Assembly (NCBI GenBank): GCA_049523315.1
Contig: JBEKMZ010000005.1
Location: forward strand, 10,179 to 74,178
Length of the DNA: 64,000 bases
Reading direction: 5' to 3'
Source: Acidimicrobiales bacterium
Lineage (GTDB): Bacteria; Actinomycetota; Acidimicrobiia; Acidimicrobiales; Bog-793
Shown here: in pieces, positions 27,977 to 37,784 of the stretch
Numbering within the stretch: the first letter of the stretch is position 1
Layout of the letters: each line of letters begins with the position of its first letter
Position numbers and translations under genes: made by a program
The notes under the pieces: model-generated
The model's database searches: none
Told to the model about the DNA's origin: nothing
What the model saw: the letters and a program-made list of their open reading frames with translations, nothing else

Positions 27977-28398
27977 TCTCGATCGAGGAGCTGATCCCTC
28001 ACCGGGCCCCGTTCCTTCTCGTCTCTGAGATCGTCGAGCTGGACCCGGCTGTCTTGGCGCGCGGGCGCTGGCATCTCAGCGGTGAGGAGGAGTTCTTCGC
28101 CGGCCACTTCCCCGGCAACCCGGTTCTGCCCGGGGTCTTGATGGTCGAGTCCCTCGCGCAGCTCGCCGCGGCCGCGGTCCTCGCCGACGAGCGCTACCGG
28201 GACCGGTTGCCCCTGTTCGGAGGCATCGACCGGGCTCGTTTCAGGCGCCAGGTCGTGCCCGGCGAGACGTTGGACCTCGAGGTCTCGATAGGGCGCCTGT
28301 CAGCGCGCGCCGGGAGCGGACACGGAGTCGCGAGCGTCGGCGGCAAGCTCGCCTGCGAAACCGACATGCTCTTCGTGCTCGCGCCACGCGCCGATTGA
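27973..28398 (+). CDS. fabZ: 3-hydroxyacyl-ACP dehydratase
   Basis: IPHRAPFLLV, FFAGHFPGNPVLPGVLMVESLAQ, ARFRRQVVPG. Confidence 0.93.
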   Translation: MISIEELIPHRAPFLLVSEIVELDPAVLARGRWHLSGEEEFFAGHFPGNPVLPGVLMVESLAQLAAAAVLADERYRDRLPLFGGIDRARFRRQVVPGETLDLEVSIGRLSARAGSGHGVASVGGKLACETDMLFVLAPRAD

Positions 28399-28409
28399 AC
28401 CGGGCTGTG

Positions 28410-29213
28410 ATGAGGATCGCGACCTGGAACGTGAACTCGATGCGAGCTCGAATCGATCGCGTCGGAGAGTGGCTCGAAACGCTGCAGCCGGACGTGTGCT
28501 GTTTCCAGGAGACCAAGCTTGCCGATGACGCATTCCCCTCCGCGCGGTTCTCTGCTCTCGGCTATGAGGTCGCCCATCACGGCGACGGCCGCTGGAACGG
28601 GGTCGCCATCGTGTCCAGGGTCGGGCTTGAGGACGTCGCCCGTGGCTTCGCCGCGAGCGCTGAGCCGCTCGAGGGCGCCGAGAGCCGCCTGATAAGCGCC
28701 ACCTGCGGTGGAGTGCGCGTGATGAGCGTCTATGTGCCGAACGGCCGTGCCGTAGATAGCGAGCATTTCTCGGCCAAGCTCGCCTTCTTGCACGACCTGC
28801 GCCTGCATCTAGACGTCACCTGCGACCCGGCAAGCCCGGCGGTGCTCTGCGGTGACTTCAACGTGGCCCCCGGCGACATCGACGTGTTCGACCCAGCCTT
28901 CTTCGTGGGCGCGACACACGTGACCACGCAAGAACGCGCGGCTCTGGCGGAGGTGCTCGATTTCGGATTGACCGACGTCTTCAGGGAGTCGTACCCGGAC
29001 ACGGCGCGTCTGTTCACGTGGTGGGACTACCGGGCCGGTGACTTTCACTCCGGTCGCGGCATGAGGATCGACCTGGTGCTGGCGACTCGAGTGCTCGCCG
29101 AGCGGGTGAGGTTCGTTCTCGTTGATCGCAACGCGAGAAAGGGCAAGCAGCCCTCAGATCACGCCCCCGTCATCGTCGAGCTCGACTATGAGGCCCCTGG
29201 CGCCGGCACCTGA
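28410..29213 (+). CDS. xth: Exodeoxyribonuclease III
   Basis: IATWNVNS, QETK, NGVA, YVPNG, GDFNVA, FTWWDYR, RIDL, SDHAPV. Confidence 0.95.
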   Translation: MRIATWNVNSMRARIDRVGEWLETLQPDVCCFQETKLADDAFPSARFSALGYEVAHHGDGRWNGVAIVSRVGLEDVARGFAASAEPLEGAESRLISATCGGVRVMSVYVPNGRAVDSEHFSAKLAFLHDLRLHLDVTCDPASPAVLCGDFNVAPGDIDVFDPAFFVGATHVTTQERAALAEVLDFGLTDVFRESYPDTARLFTWWDYRAGDFHSGRGMRIDLVLATRVLAERVRFVLVDRNARKGKQPSDHAPVIVELDYEAPGAGT

Positions 29214-29353
29214 GGCCCGCTCGAGCCCGACAGCCGGTCCACCGCTCGCCCCGGCAAGAGCGCCCAGCAGCCTGTGGATATCTCGGGGGAGGTACTGCTC
29301 CTAATCGCGAGGAGGAGAAGGACCTTCTTCGGCGCTCGCGGGGACTTTGGATG

Positions 29354-29381
29354 TTGAGTTCGCGCTCGGACATGCCGATAA
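29354..29381 (+). promoter_or_regulatory. Putative sigma28 (FliA/WhiG)-type promoter upstream of the prepilin operon
   Basis: Exact GCCGATAA -10 at 29374-29381; TTGAGTT as a partial -35 at 29354-29360. Confidence 0.5.
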
Positions 29382-29539
29382 CTCGTGAGTGGAGCGCGTA
29401 TTGGACTTTCCCAGATCCTTCGTGTCAGCGCGTGACGAGCGCCACGAGCGCTTAAGGTAGTCTGTTAACTACGTTGCGCGCGAAAATGCGAGAAGATACA
29501 TTTCAGCCGGTTGATCACGAGCCCGGGGGCGGGACACAC

Positions 29540-31144
29540 ATGTCACTTTGCGCGAGGGGAAAAGCGGCATTCCGCCGGCGTCTTGACGCCGCGGGGCTGC
29601 GACCTGTCGACCGCGCGACACGCCAGTGGAGCGGTCGGCGCGCAGATGCGGGCTTCGGGATCGTCGAGGCCGTCGTGTCCGTGGCGCTTCTCGCGATCAT
29701 CATCGCCCCGATCACACATCTTGTAGTCACCACCGAGTCGGCCTCGAACAACATGCACCTGCGTGCCGAGGCCGGAGACCTCGCCACCCAGGCGCTCGAG
29801 ACAGCGCAGTACCAGACCGCGAACGGTGTCAACCCGACCGCCGGTCTGACCACCAGCACGCAGTACTCGGGCAACGACCCGTTCACCGTCTCGCTCGACT
29901 GGGAACTCGCCGCGGGAACCGGGACCTCCAACGTCTGCATCGCGTCGCCCGGGCAGCCCTCGAGCCGGATCTGGACCGTGACGGCCACCGTCAGCTGGGG
30001 CAAGGTTGGCGGCCAGAAGGGAAGCGTGGCGTTGACGACGCTCGTGTCGCCCGCCCTGGCAGATCTTGCGGACACCAATGCCGCGGAGATCGCAGTGCCC
30101 ATCTACAACTCGGACGACTCGACGCTTGAGACGACAGTGCCGATCAGCATCTCTGTCGTGGGTTCTTGTACCGGGTCGCAGTGCTCGGGGGAGACCGTTC
30201 CCGGCAATGAGCACACGACCGAGTCGGGCAACACCGGCTCGACTGGCTGTGCGGTGTTCTCGAACCTGTTCGCCGGCGCTGGGTGGACCTACAGCGTCAC
30301 CGCGACGCCCCCCTCGCCATATGTCGACCCGAGCGAGTTGTCCGCTGCACCGACGGCTCCTGGTCTGCCCGTCCGCACGGCGGTGTCGGTGCAGTCGAAC
30401 ACGGTCACGGTCGTCGCCAACCCCAACATCATCCTGGCGCCGGGCGCGCTCATGACCGTCGAGTTCGCAACTGAGAACTTCGTCAGCGGGTCCAGCGATC
30501 CCGGTGTCCTGCCGGCGCCTTACCTGCCCATCTCTGTAGAGAGCTCGACATTGTTGTGCACGACGATCGCACCGAACACCTGTGTGGTCGGCAACGGCAC
30601 GGCGGCCGGCGGCTTCAGCTATGCCAGCCCGCAGGTCGCTCTGCTCTACCCGGGTCCCACGGTGACGGGCTCGGTACCGAACTACTCCGCCTGGGCCGGT
30701 GACCAGGCCGACAGCATCCCGACCTACACCGATCCCAACGGGGACGCCATCTATTCCCCCGACCTGCCGACGACATTCCAGGCCGTCGCGAACGGAGCCG
30801 GCACGCTCACCCTGCCCGTCTACCCGCTGTCGCTCAAATTGACCGTCCTCGGCGCAGCCGGGACGGTCACCTCGATGACGGTCGAAGACGCCGGCGGCGG
30901 TGGCACCTTCAATCTCAATCCGACCTCCGGGAGCACGTACGCGAACAACGCGACCTCCGCCACGGGCCTGCCCCTTGGTCAGTACGAGATCTTTGCGGCC
31001 GACACCGGCGGCAACACCACGGTCAGTCCCAACTACGTCTGGATCCTCCCCTCCGGAGTGTGCACCGCGACGGGCATCATGACCGGCGGTCCTCCGTCCA
31101 GCTGCACGCCGTCGACTTCTGCGATCCCGGTGACGGTCGGATGA
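29540..31144 (+). CDS. Large type IV prepilin-like protein (PilV/GspI-like N-terminus, large beta-rich C-terminus), 534 aa
   Basis: Basic leader then DAG|FGIVEAVVSVALLAIII (class III signal, Glu+5). Confidence 0.8.
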   Translation: MSLCARGKAAFRRRLDAAGLRPVDRATRQWSGRRADAGFGIVEAVVSVALLAIIIAPITHLVVTTESASNNMHLRAEAGDLATQALETAQYQTANGVNPTAGLTTSTQYSGNDPFTVSLDWELAAGTGTSNVCIASPGQPSSRIWTVTATVSWGKVGGQKGSVALTTLVSPALADLADTNAAEIAVPIYNSDDSTLETTVPISISVVGSCTGSQCSGETVPGNEHTTESGNTGSTGCAVFSNLFAGAGWTYSVTATPPSPYVDPSELSAAPTAPGLPVRTAVSVQSNTVTVVANPNIILAPGALMTVEFATENFVSGSSDPGVLPAPYLPISVESSTLLCTTIAPNTCVVGNGTAAGGFSYASPQVALLYPGPTVTGSVPNYSAWAGDQADSIPTYTDPNGDAIYSPDLPTTFQAVANGAGTLTLPVYPLSLKLTVLGAAGTVTSMTVEDAGGGGTFNLNPTSGSTYANNATSATGLPLGQYEIFAADTGGNTTVSPNYVWILPSGVCTATGIMTGGPPSSCTPSTSAIPVTVG

Positions 31145-32442
31145 GCACCAACCTGCTCCAAGAGACGGGCCGTCGGCGCCAGCGTCCGACATTGTCGGCA
31201 CGGTTCCACCGGGCGCGGGCGCGTCGCGAAACCGACGGGGGATTCACCCTCGTCGAGACCGTCGTCACCATGGCGATCGTGACGACCATTCTTGCGGTCG
31301 TGCTCGGGGTCGTGACCAACCTGTTCCAGCAGAGCACGGACGTTCACGACACGATGTCGGGGGTACAGCAGGACCAGACCGCCGGCGAGGCGCTCACCCA
31401 GTACCTCCACTCCACGATCCTGATCGAGACCGGCTCCAACGCCACGACTCTTAACGCCAGCATCCTCGCCGGGGTCAACGGGAGCGAGACCCCGCAGACT
31501 GCAACGCTCTCGGCGGTGCTCACGAACTCGGTCAGCCCGAAGCTCGACGCGACCTTCACCATCTCGCTCACTCCAGACGGTGGGCACACCTCGAGCGTGA
31601 ACACCTACGACGCCGTGAACACCTCGGCTGCGTTCACCTACTACTACAACAACTACGCCACGACGCCCGTGGGCCTGGCCTCCACTTCGAATCCGACGGT
31701 CAGCGAGCTCAGCGAGATCGTCGCAGTCGGCATCGACGTGACATTCCTGGCCGGGCCGCACGTTCCGACTGTGGGGTACCAGGCGATTCGCGCGAGCACC
31801 TTCCAGACGACGGTCTACCTGCAGAACGCCTCGGGAGCCCCCGCCCCGACGACCGCTGTCTCGGTCAGCACATCGGGGACCATCGCCTCGGGCCAGCCAC
31901 TCAACGCTGTGGCGACGGTCAGCCCCGTGCCCGACGGCGGCACGATGTCGTTCACAGTGACCAACCAGAGCGGCACGGTCCTGTCCTTCTGCACGACGGC
32001 GGTCGCGGTGAGCACCACCACGGGACAAGCGACGTGTACCTTCACGCCGCCAACAGGTGGCGACTACTACGTGCTCGCGGCCTTCTCCGGCACGGCGGAC
32101 TTCCAGCCCTCGACGTACTCCAACACCGAGATCGTGGTACCGATCACGACGACTATATCCATCACGAGCGTGACGGTCACCAACAACTCGGTCACCGTCA
32201 ACGCGGCGGTGAGCCCAGCGGCTGCCACGGGGAACGTCGCCTTCACGGTCCAGCAGCAGGGCGGTTGTGGCTTCGGAGGGTGCACGACCTACAACGGCTC
32301 GGTCCCGCTCAGCTCGGGCACGGCCTCGTTCACCCAGGGCAGCCTCAACGCCAACAAGACCTACAACGTCACCGCGACCTACGGCGGTGTCGCACCTTAT
32401 TCCGGCTCCGGGCCGGCGAGTTCATCAGGAACGACGACATGA
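31141..32442 (+). CDS. Large type IV prepilin-like protein (PilW/GspJ-like) with two C-terminal Ig-like (Big_3-type) domains, 433 aa
   Basis: DGG|FTLVETVVTMAIV (Glu+5); Ig-like motifs ATVSP.PDGGT..F..A.FSG...F.PS and AAVSP.AATG.V.F..A.YGG...Y..S. Confidence 0.82.
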   Translation: MSTNLLQETGRRRQRPTLSARFHRARARRETDGGFTLVETVVTMAIVTTILAVVLGVVTNLFQQSTDVHDTMSGVQQDQTAGEALTQYLHSTILIETGSNATTLNASILAGVNGSETPQTATLSAVLTNSVSPKLDATFTISLTPDGGHTSSVNTYDAVNTSAAFTYYYNNYATTPVGLASTSNPTVSELSEIVAVGIDVTFLAGPHVPTVGYQAIRASTFQTTVYLQNASGAPAPTTAVSVSTSGTIASGQPLNAVATVSPVPDGGTMSFTVTNQSGTVLSFCTTAVAVSTTTGQATCTFTPPTGGDYYVLAAFSGTADFQPSTYSNTEIVVPITTTISITSVTVTNNSVTVNAAVSPAAATGNVAFTVQQQGGCGFGGCTTYNGSVPLSSGTASFTQGSLNANKTYNVTATYGGVAPYSGSGPASSSGTTT

Positions 32443-35012
32443 CTTTGATCGAGGCCCCCGAACTTCCTTCTCGTCACCGGGTTCTGAGCGCGCTGTACAG
32501 ACACCTCCGGCGCCGCATAGAAAAGCGGGACGATTCCGGCCAGACAATTATCATCGTGATCATCCTTCTCGTCCTCCTCGCGGCGCTCGCGCCGGTGATG
32601 GCGGGCCAGGTGACACGCAACACCCCGATCCTTGTTTCGACCACGAACAAGCACGCGGCACTGGCTGCCGCCGAGGCGGGCATCCAGTGGTACCGGGACA
32701 ACCTCGACACCTACTCGGCCTATTTCAACTACACGGCCAGCAACTTGCCCTCCGGCGGCGACGCCGCCCTGACGGGCTACTGCGGCGCGGGCCAGAGCTC
32801 GACGTGCGATCTCGGGAACACGACACCGCCTGAGGCCTTCCATTACGTCCCGGACGCCTCCGAGGGCTGTACGACCGCGGTCGCGGGACAGTCCTGCACC
32901 GTGAATCTCACCGTCACCGGGCGGGCAGGCACGGCAGGGAACTACGCCTATGTTTACGCGGAGGCGAGCTACTCAGCGCTGTCGGTCCTGAACGACGCCT
33001 ACTACTCGAACTTCGAGGTGCTGGACCCGAGCTCGCTGACCGTGCAGGGCATCGACGTCACGACCTCGGCAGGTGGCTCGCCCACGCCCGAGACCCAGTA
33101 CACGATCTCTTACAGCTACGTGAACGCTGCAGGCACGACCGTCACCGTGAACGACGTCTCGGTCTGGACCGCGGTCTGCCAGTACGACACCTACAGCGAG
33201 AACAACTTCATCGACGCGCTCGGTGAGCTGGGCCAGAAGGTCAACAACATCCTGTACGACCCGAACTCGCCGACGTTGTATCCCTACTACGGCCCGTACC
33301 AGGACAACGCGTCGTTCACCTTCGAGACGAACGCGAGCGGCTTCGTCGTCGGCTCGGCGGCCGGCACGACGACGATCACCGTCCCGGCGTACCCGTGCGA
33401 GGTCCCCTACGACTTCGTGACCGGGGAGACCTTCAACGGTCCGGTCTACAGCAACGACCAGATACACGTCTGCGGATCGCCCACCTTCAGTGGCCAGCCG
33501 GTCTCGCTCACATCGGGCGCGCCCACCGACGTCCCCTATCTCTGGGACGTCCCCGGCTCGATCCAGGTCACGACCTCGAACCAGAGCACTTATGGCAACC
33601 TGCCCATCGGTGACTACGTGCCGGCGGGTTACACCGTTGACAATGTGAACTGTGGGGGCACCAATGACAACCCCAACCTCACCCATGGGATCGCGCTCAA
33701 CGGCATGGAGAGCCTCCCGAGCTTGAACAGCCAGCTTGCCGCCTACGGGACGACACTGCCCCCCTCAGGAACGCTGACGGGCTGCACCTATGTCGGCCCG
33801 ACGATGATCGAGCTCGTCACCTCCGCCGGCGGCACGACGACGATGGACGTGTGGAGTCCGCTCTCGAGCAACACCACCACGACGACGACCGTCTGTTCGA
33901 ACCCGGTGGGAGTGACGACGAACACCTTCTCGACGACCAGCCCGTTCATCTCGAACATCCCGCTACCGGCCGACGGGGTCGTCTACGTGCAGAACTACAC
34001 GCTCCCCACTGGTGCGAGCGCCCCGAGTGTCAACGATGGCTCGGCGCCGTGCTTCAACCCCTACCAGGTCGCCCAGGCCGCGGACAGCGCGCCTTGCCTC
34101 GAAGGGGACGTCTATGTCGAAGGGGAGCTGCACGGCCAGCTCACGATCGCATCCGCCGCCAACATCATCATCACGCGGAACCTGACCTACAACTGCGTCG
34201 ACGGCTCGGGGGCCGCGTCCGAGACGAACCCGTCGTCGATATCGGGCTGCACGACCGAGGACAATCCCGACGTTCTCGGGCTCTCGGCGAAATACGACGT
34301 GGTTGTGGCCCACAACAACCCGAGCGATCAGGTCACACAGAGCACTCAGGACTGCAGCTCCTCGGGCTTCGGCGACGGGACCGGTACGCCCGTCAACACC
34401 CCGACCGGCTCGATGCTGTCGGGGAACCCGTACAACGGCACGACGGTCAACAACGTCAAGCTCACTTCCGGCAGCACGTCGGCCACGGTCAACTCCGGTG
34501 GCTTCTCCAGCGTCCCGGTGGGCACCGAGGTCTCCGTCTCGGGCACGGGCATCCCATCGGGCACCGTCGTCTCGGACATAAATGGCAACACCCTCACGCT
34601 TTCGAAGGCGGCAACGGCGAACTCGGGCGGCGAGACGCTCACGTTCACCGACCCGGGCCTCGCGAACGACCCGGCCGCGATCTGGCCGACGCTTTGCGAC
34701 ACGATCAACTCGGGCGCCTCCTCGCCGGGGATCTTCGTCGACGCGGCCATCTTCGCTCTCAACGGTTCCTTCGGGACGCAGAACTGGGACCTGTCGCCCT
34801 ACGCGAACTACGTCAACTTGAACGGCACCGACCTGAGCGAGTACCGCGGACCGTTCGGCATTGTCGGGAGCGACGGCTACGAGAAGCGGCTCAGCTTCGA
34901 CCAGCGGCTGGCGTTCATATCACCGCCATACCTCATCCCCGGCAGCGTTCCCCTCTGGGAGCTCGACAACTACGTCGAGTGCCCCAACTCCTCCTGCCCG
35001 GCGATCAGCTGA
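32439..35012 (+). CDS. Large PilX/GspK-like pilus tip protein, 857 aa
   Basis: DSG|QTIIIVIILLVLL (no Glu+5), AALAAAEAGI PilX-N motif, F.GPVYSND, C-terminal GYEK..FDQRL...PPY. Confidence 0.78.
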   Translation: MTLIEAPELPSRHRVLSALYRHLRRRIEKRDDSGQTIIIVIILLVLLAALAPVMAGQVTRNTPILVSTTNKHAALAAAEAGIQWYRDNLDTYSAYFNYTASNLPSGGDAALTGYCGAGQSSTCDLGNTTPPEAFHYVPDASEGCTTAVAGQSCTVNLTVTGRAGTAGNYAYVYAEASYSALSVLNDAYYSNFEVLDPSSLTVQGIDVTTSAGGSPTPETQYTISYSYVNAAGTTVTVNDVSVWTAVCQYDTYSENNFIDALGELGQKVNNILYDPNSPTLYPYYGPYQDNASFTFETNASGFVVGSAAGTTTITVPAYPCEVPYDFVTGETFNGPVYSNDQIHVCGSPTFSGQPVSLTSGAPTDVPYLWDVPGSIQVTTSNQSTYGNLPIGDYVPAGYTVDNVNCGGTNDNPNLTHGIALNGMESLPSLNSQLAAYGTTLPPSGTLTGCTYVGPTMIELVTSAGGTTTMDVWSPLSSNTTTTTTVCSNPVGVTTNTFSTTSPFISNIPLPADGVVYVQNYTLPTGASAPSVNDGSAPCFNPYQVAQAADSAPCLEGDVYVEGELHGQLTIASAANIIITRNLTYNCVDGSGAASETNPSSISGCTTEDNPDVLGLSAKYDVVVAHNNPSDQVTQSTQDCSSSGFGDGTGTPVNTPTGSMLSGNPYNGTTVNNVKLTSGSTSATVNSGGFSSVPVGTEVSVSGTGIPSGTVVSDINGNTLTLSKAATANSGGETLTFTDPGLANDPAAIWPTLCDTINSGASSPGIFVDAAIFALNGSFGTQNWDLSPYANYVNLNGTDLSEYRGPFGIVGSDGYEKRLSFDQRLAFISPPYLIPGSVPLWELDNYVECPNSSCPAIS

Positions 35013-35059
35013 GCTAAACGGGCCTTCAGCCCGGACTAGCGAGGCGTAGGTTCAAGGTC

Positions 35060-36178
35060 GTGAGCCGGGGCCTTTCCTACTTGCCCGTCGAGGAGCTCGA
35101 GGGCCGCCCGCACGTGCTCGTCGACGGCGCCGCGCGGCCCGGGTCGGTCCTGACGCTCTCGCACTGGCCCCAGAGCCCGACGCCGCCGGTCCTGGCGAGG
35201 GACCTTTCGGCTCAGATCGTCTTCGCGTTTGTCCATGCGGCGCGCGGCGACGACATCACGCTTCGCGAGGCGCGGGGCCGGGACCGTCGTCGATCGGGCA
35301 TCGAGCTAAAGGCCGCCATCGCCGCCTGCGGCAGAGCCGAGGCGGTCACGAACGACCATTTCGACGAGGACGGGCTCGTCTCGGTGTTCGCGATGTGCGA
35401 CCCTGAGGCCGCGTTGCACCACGAGGAGCTGCTCGTTGAGGTGGCCTCCTGTGGCGACTTCGGGGTCGTGCGGTCCCGCCAGGCAGCTCGCATCGCCTTT
35501 TCGATCGCTCCGATCGGGCAGGAGGCTGGGCAGGCGAGCGACGCCGAACGACCTGGCAGCTGGTCCGGGCCGCGCTACCGAGCCGTTCTCGGCCAGATGG
35601 TGGAGCTGATCGAGCATACGGAGCGTTTCGCACGGTACTGGCAGCACGACGACGCCGACCTCGAGGCAACGCTGGACGACCTCGGAGCAGGCCGGGTCCG
35701 CATCGAAGAGGTGCCCGAGGTCGATCTCGCCGTTGTGACACGGGTGAGCGGCCCCCCCGACGGCCGGGAGGCGGGTGGCGATCTGAGTGGCCGCCCCGAC
35801 GCGATCAACCAGGTGGCGCTGCACAGCACGACCGCTGCCCCACGGATCCTGGTCTTCGACGGGGGGCGCTGTGAGCTCTACCTGCGCTATGAGACCTGGG
35901 TCCGCTACGTGAGCCGCCCGGTGCCGCTGCGGCCGGACCTGGCGCCGCTGGCCGAGCAGCTCAGTGCCCTCGAGCCCTCCGGCCTGCGGTGGGGCGCGGA
36001 CGGGATCGGGTCGCTCGTGACCGGGATGCGGCCTGATGGAGATCGAAGGACCGATCTCGCACCGGAGCTTGTCTCGCGCACCGTCATCGACTACCTAAAG
36101 AGCGCGCCCCCGGCGTGGGACCCGTTCCGAGCTGGCGGCTCGCTGATACCTACCAGCGAGCGTCGCCGGCCCAAGTGA
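35060..36178 (+). CDS. DUF6687-like protein (DHH-phosphoesterase-like)
   Basis: VDG..LSHWP..TP, NDHFDEDGLVS, A..GDF, RYETWV motifs recalled from this family. Confidence 0.6.
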   Translation: MSRGLSYLPVEELEGRPHVLVDGAARPGSVLTLSHWPQSPTPPVLARDLSAQIVFAFVHAARGDDITLREARGRDRRRSGIELKAAIAACGRAEAVTNDHFDEDGLVSVFAMCDPEAALHHEELLVEVASCGDFGVVRSRQAARIAFSIAPIGQEAGQASDAERPGSWSGPRYRAVLGQMVELIEHTERFARYWQHDDADLEATLDDLGAGRVRIEEVPEVDLAVVTRVSGPPDGREAGGDLSGRPDAINQVALHSTTAAPRILVFDGGRCELYLRYETWVRYVSRPVPLRPDLAPLAEQLSALEPSGLRWGADGIGSLVTGMRPDGDRRTDLAPELVSRTVIDYLKSAPPAWDPFRAGGSLIPTSERRRPK

Positions 36179-36229
36179 GAGGCTGTTCGCAAAAGCGAGG
36201 CGGGTGGACGTCCCCGGGCGCAGGTGCCG

Positions 36230-36838
36230 TCAGTGGACGGGGAGGCCCCAGAGCGGGAACCAACGCTCGAGGTCGGGCTCCATGGCGAGATCGGTTGCCA
36301 GGGTCACTTTGAGCAGGCGCTCGCGGTCCGAGTCGCGCTTTTCGGCCGACGGGAGCGGGACGAAGGGGTAAAAGGTGCCCCGCTTGTAGAGGTAGACGAG
36401 GTAGGTGCCGGCCACCTTCGGCCCACCGGCGCCGCCGGCCGGATCGGACGCGCCGCCGGGGATCGGCGCGAACCCGAAGACCGAGCAGAGCAGCTGCGGC
36501 CCCCAGCCATGGTCCTCGAGGGTCGTGTTGACGACGTGGACCTCGTTGATGAGATCGCCAAAGTCGTCATCTTCGATCACGGCCCAGCGGTAGCCGTAGG
36601 AGTCGGACTCCTCGTGGATCTTCACGCCCTCGCCGAGGTCTAAGAGCTGCTCGACCTCGGTAGCGGTCTGCGCGAACTGTTGCCCCGTCGCCGGCTTGAA
36701 GCACACGCCCGCCTGGCCCGTGGGGCGCAGGCCGAGCGAGGCCTCGAGGGTGATCTCGGCGCCGGGGAGCCCGAAGAGATGGTCGAGGTCGGGCTGCGCA
36801 GGCTTCGTCCGGCCCAAAAGGACGTCGAACAGCTTCAC
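36230..36838 (-). CDS. PspA-associated protein PspAB
   Basis: LLGRTKP..DLD.LF.LP, DSYGY.W, G.QLLCSVF, YLYKRGTFYPF, W.PLWG.P; last gene of the pspA operon. Confidence 0.8.
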   Translation of the reverse strand: MKLFDVLLGRTKPAQPDLDHLFGLPGAEITLEASLGLRPTGQAGVCFKPATGQQFAQTATEVEQLLDLGEGVKIHEESDSYGYRWAVIEDDDFGDLINEVHVVNTTLEDHGWGPQLLCSVFGFAPIPGGASDPAGGAGGPKVAGTYLVYLYKRGTFYPFVPLPSAEKRDSDRERLLKVTLATDLAMEPDLERWFPLWGLPVH

Positions 36839-37782
36839 GCGGCCCGTCCCATCTGGGCCTCGAGCTCGGTCAGCTGCTGCAGGCGGCGCTCGAGGGTGGG
36901 GTGGGTCGAGAAGAGGGTCGAGAGGCTGACGCCCTTCGCGAACGCGGGGGCGAAGAAGAAGGCGTTGAAGTGCTCCGCCGCCCGCAGGTCGCGCGTCGGG
37001 ATGCGCGACATCTCGCCCGTCACCTTGACGAGCGCCTGGGCCAACAGCCGGGGCTGCCCGATGAGGATCGCCCCGGAGCGGTCCGCCGCCAGCTCCCGGT
37101 AGCGCGAGAGCGTGCGGATGAGTAGGAAGCTGATCGCGTAGATGACCGCGGAGAACAGGAGCATCCCGAGCTCGAGGATTGCCAGCTGACCGGCACCACC
37201 GCCGCCGCCACCGCCCCTTCCCCGATTTCCACCTCCGCCGAAGCCGCCGAAAAGGCCGGCGTAGAGGAGCACGCGGGTGAGCAGCCCGGCCAGGATCCCG
37301 AGGAAGCTCGCGATCGTCATGACGGCGACGTCGCGGTGCGCCACATGCGACAGCTCGTGGGCGAGCACGGCCTCGAGCTCGGGCTCGTCCAGCCGGCGCA
37401 GGATGCCCGTGGTGACACAGACGACGGCGTGCTTCTTGTCGCGCCCGGTCGCGAAGGCGTTAGGCATGTCAACATTCGCGATCGCCACTTGAGGCTTGGG
37501 CATGTCGGCCATCGCGCAGAGGCGGTCGATCACCCCGTGCAGCTGGGGTGCCTTCTCGCGCGTGACGATCTTGCCGCCCATCGAGTACAACGCGATCCGG
37601 TCCGAGTAGAAGTACTGGACGAACAGCAGCACGAACGCGATGACGAGGATGAAGACCAGCTTCAGCCCGACGAGGAACAGCACGGTGACGAAAAGGGCAT
37701 AAAGCAGGCCAAGCAGGAAGATCGTCGAGATCATGCGGGCCGTCAGCCCGCGGTCAGCCGGGAAGCGTGTTTTTGTCGACAA
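36835..37782 (-). CDS. htpX: Zinc metalloprotease HtpX (M48)
   Basis: PNAFATG, AVLAHELSHV, LSRYRELAAD, STHP. Confidence 0.93.
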   Translation of the reverse strand: MSTKTRFPADRGLTARMISTIFLLGLLYALFVTVLFLVGLKLVFILVIAFVLLFVQYFYSDRIALYSMGGKIVTREKAPQLHGVIDRLCAMADMPKPQVAIANVDMPNAFATGRDKKHAVVCVTTGILRRLDEPELEAVLAHELSHVAHRDVAVMTIASFLGILAGLLTRVLLYAGLFGGFGGGGNRGRGGGGGGGAGQLAILELGMLLFSAVIYAISFLLIRTLSRYRELAADRSGAILIGQPRLLAQALVKVTGEMSRIPTRDLRAAEHFNAFFFAPAFAKGVSLSTLFSTHPTLERRLQQLTELEAQMGRAA

Positions 37783-37784
37783 GC

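Noticed and set aside
29273-29281. DnaA-box-like TGTGGATAT
   Set aside because: Single mismatched copy with no cluster or oriC context
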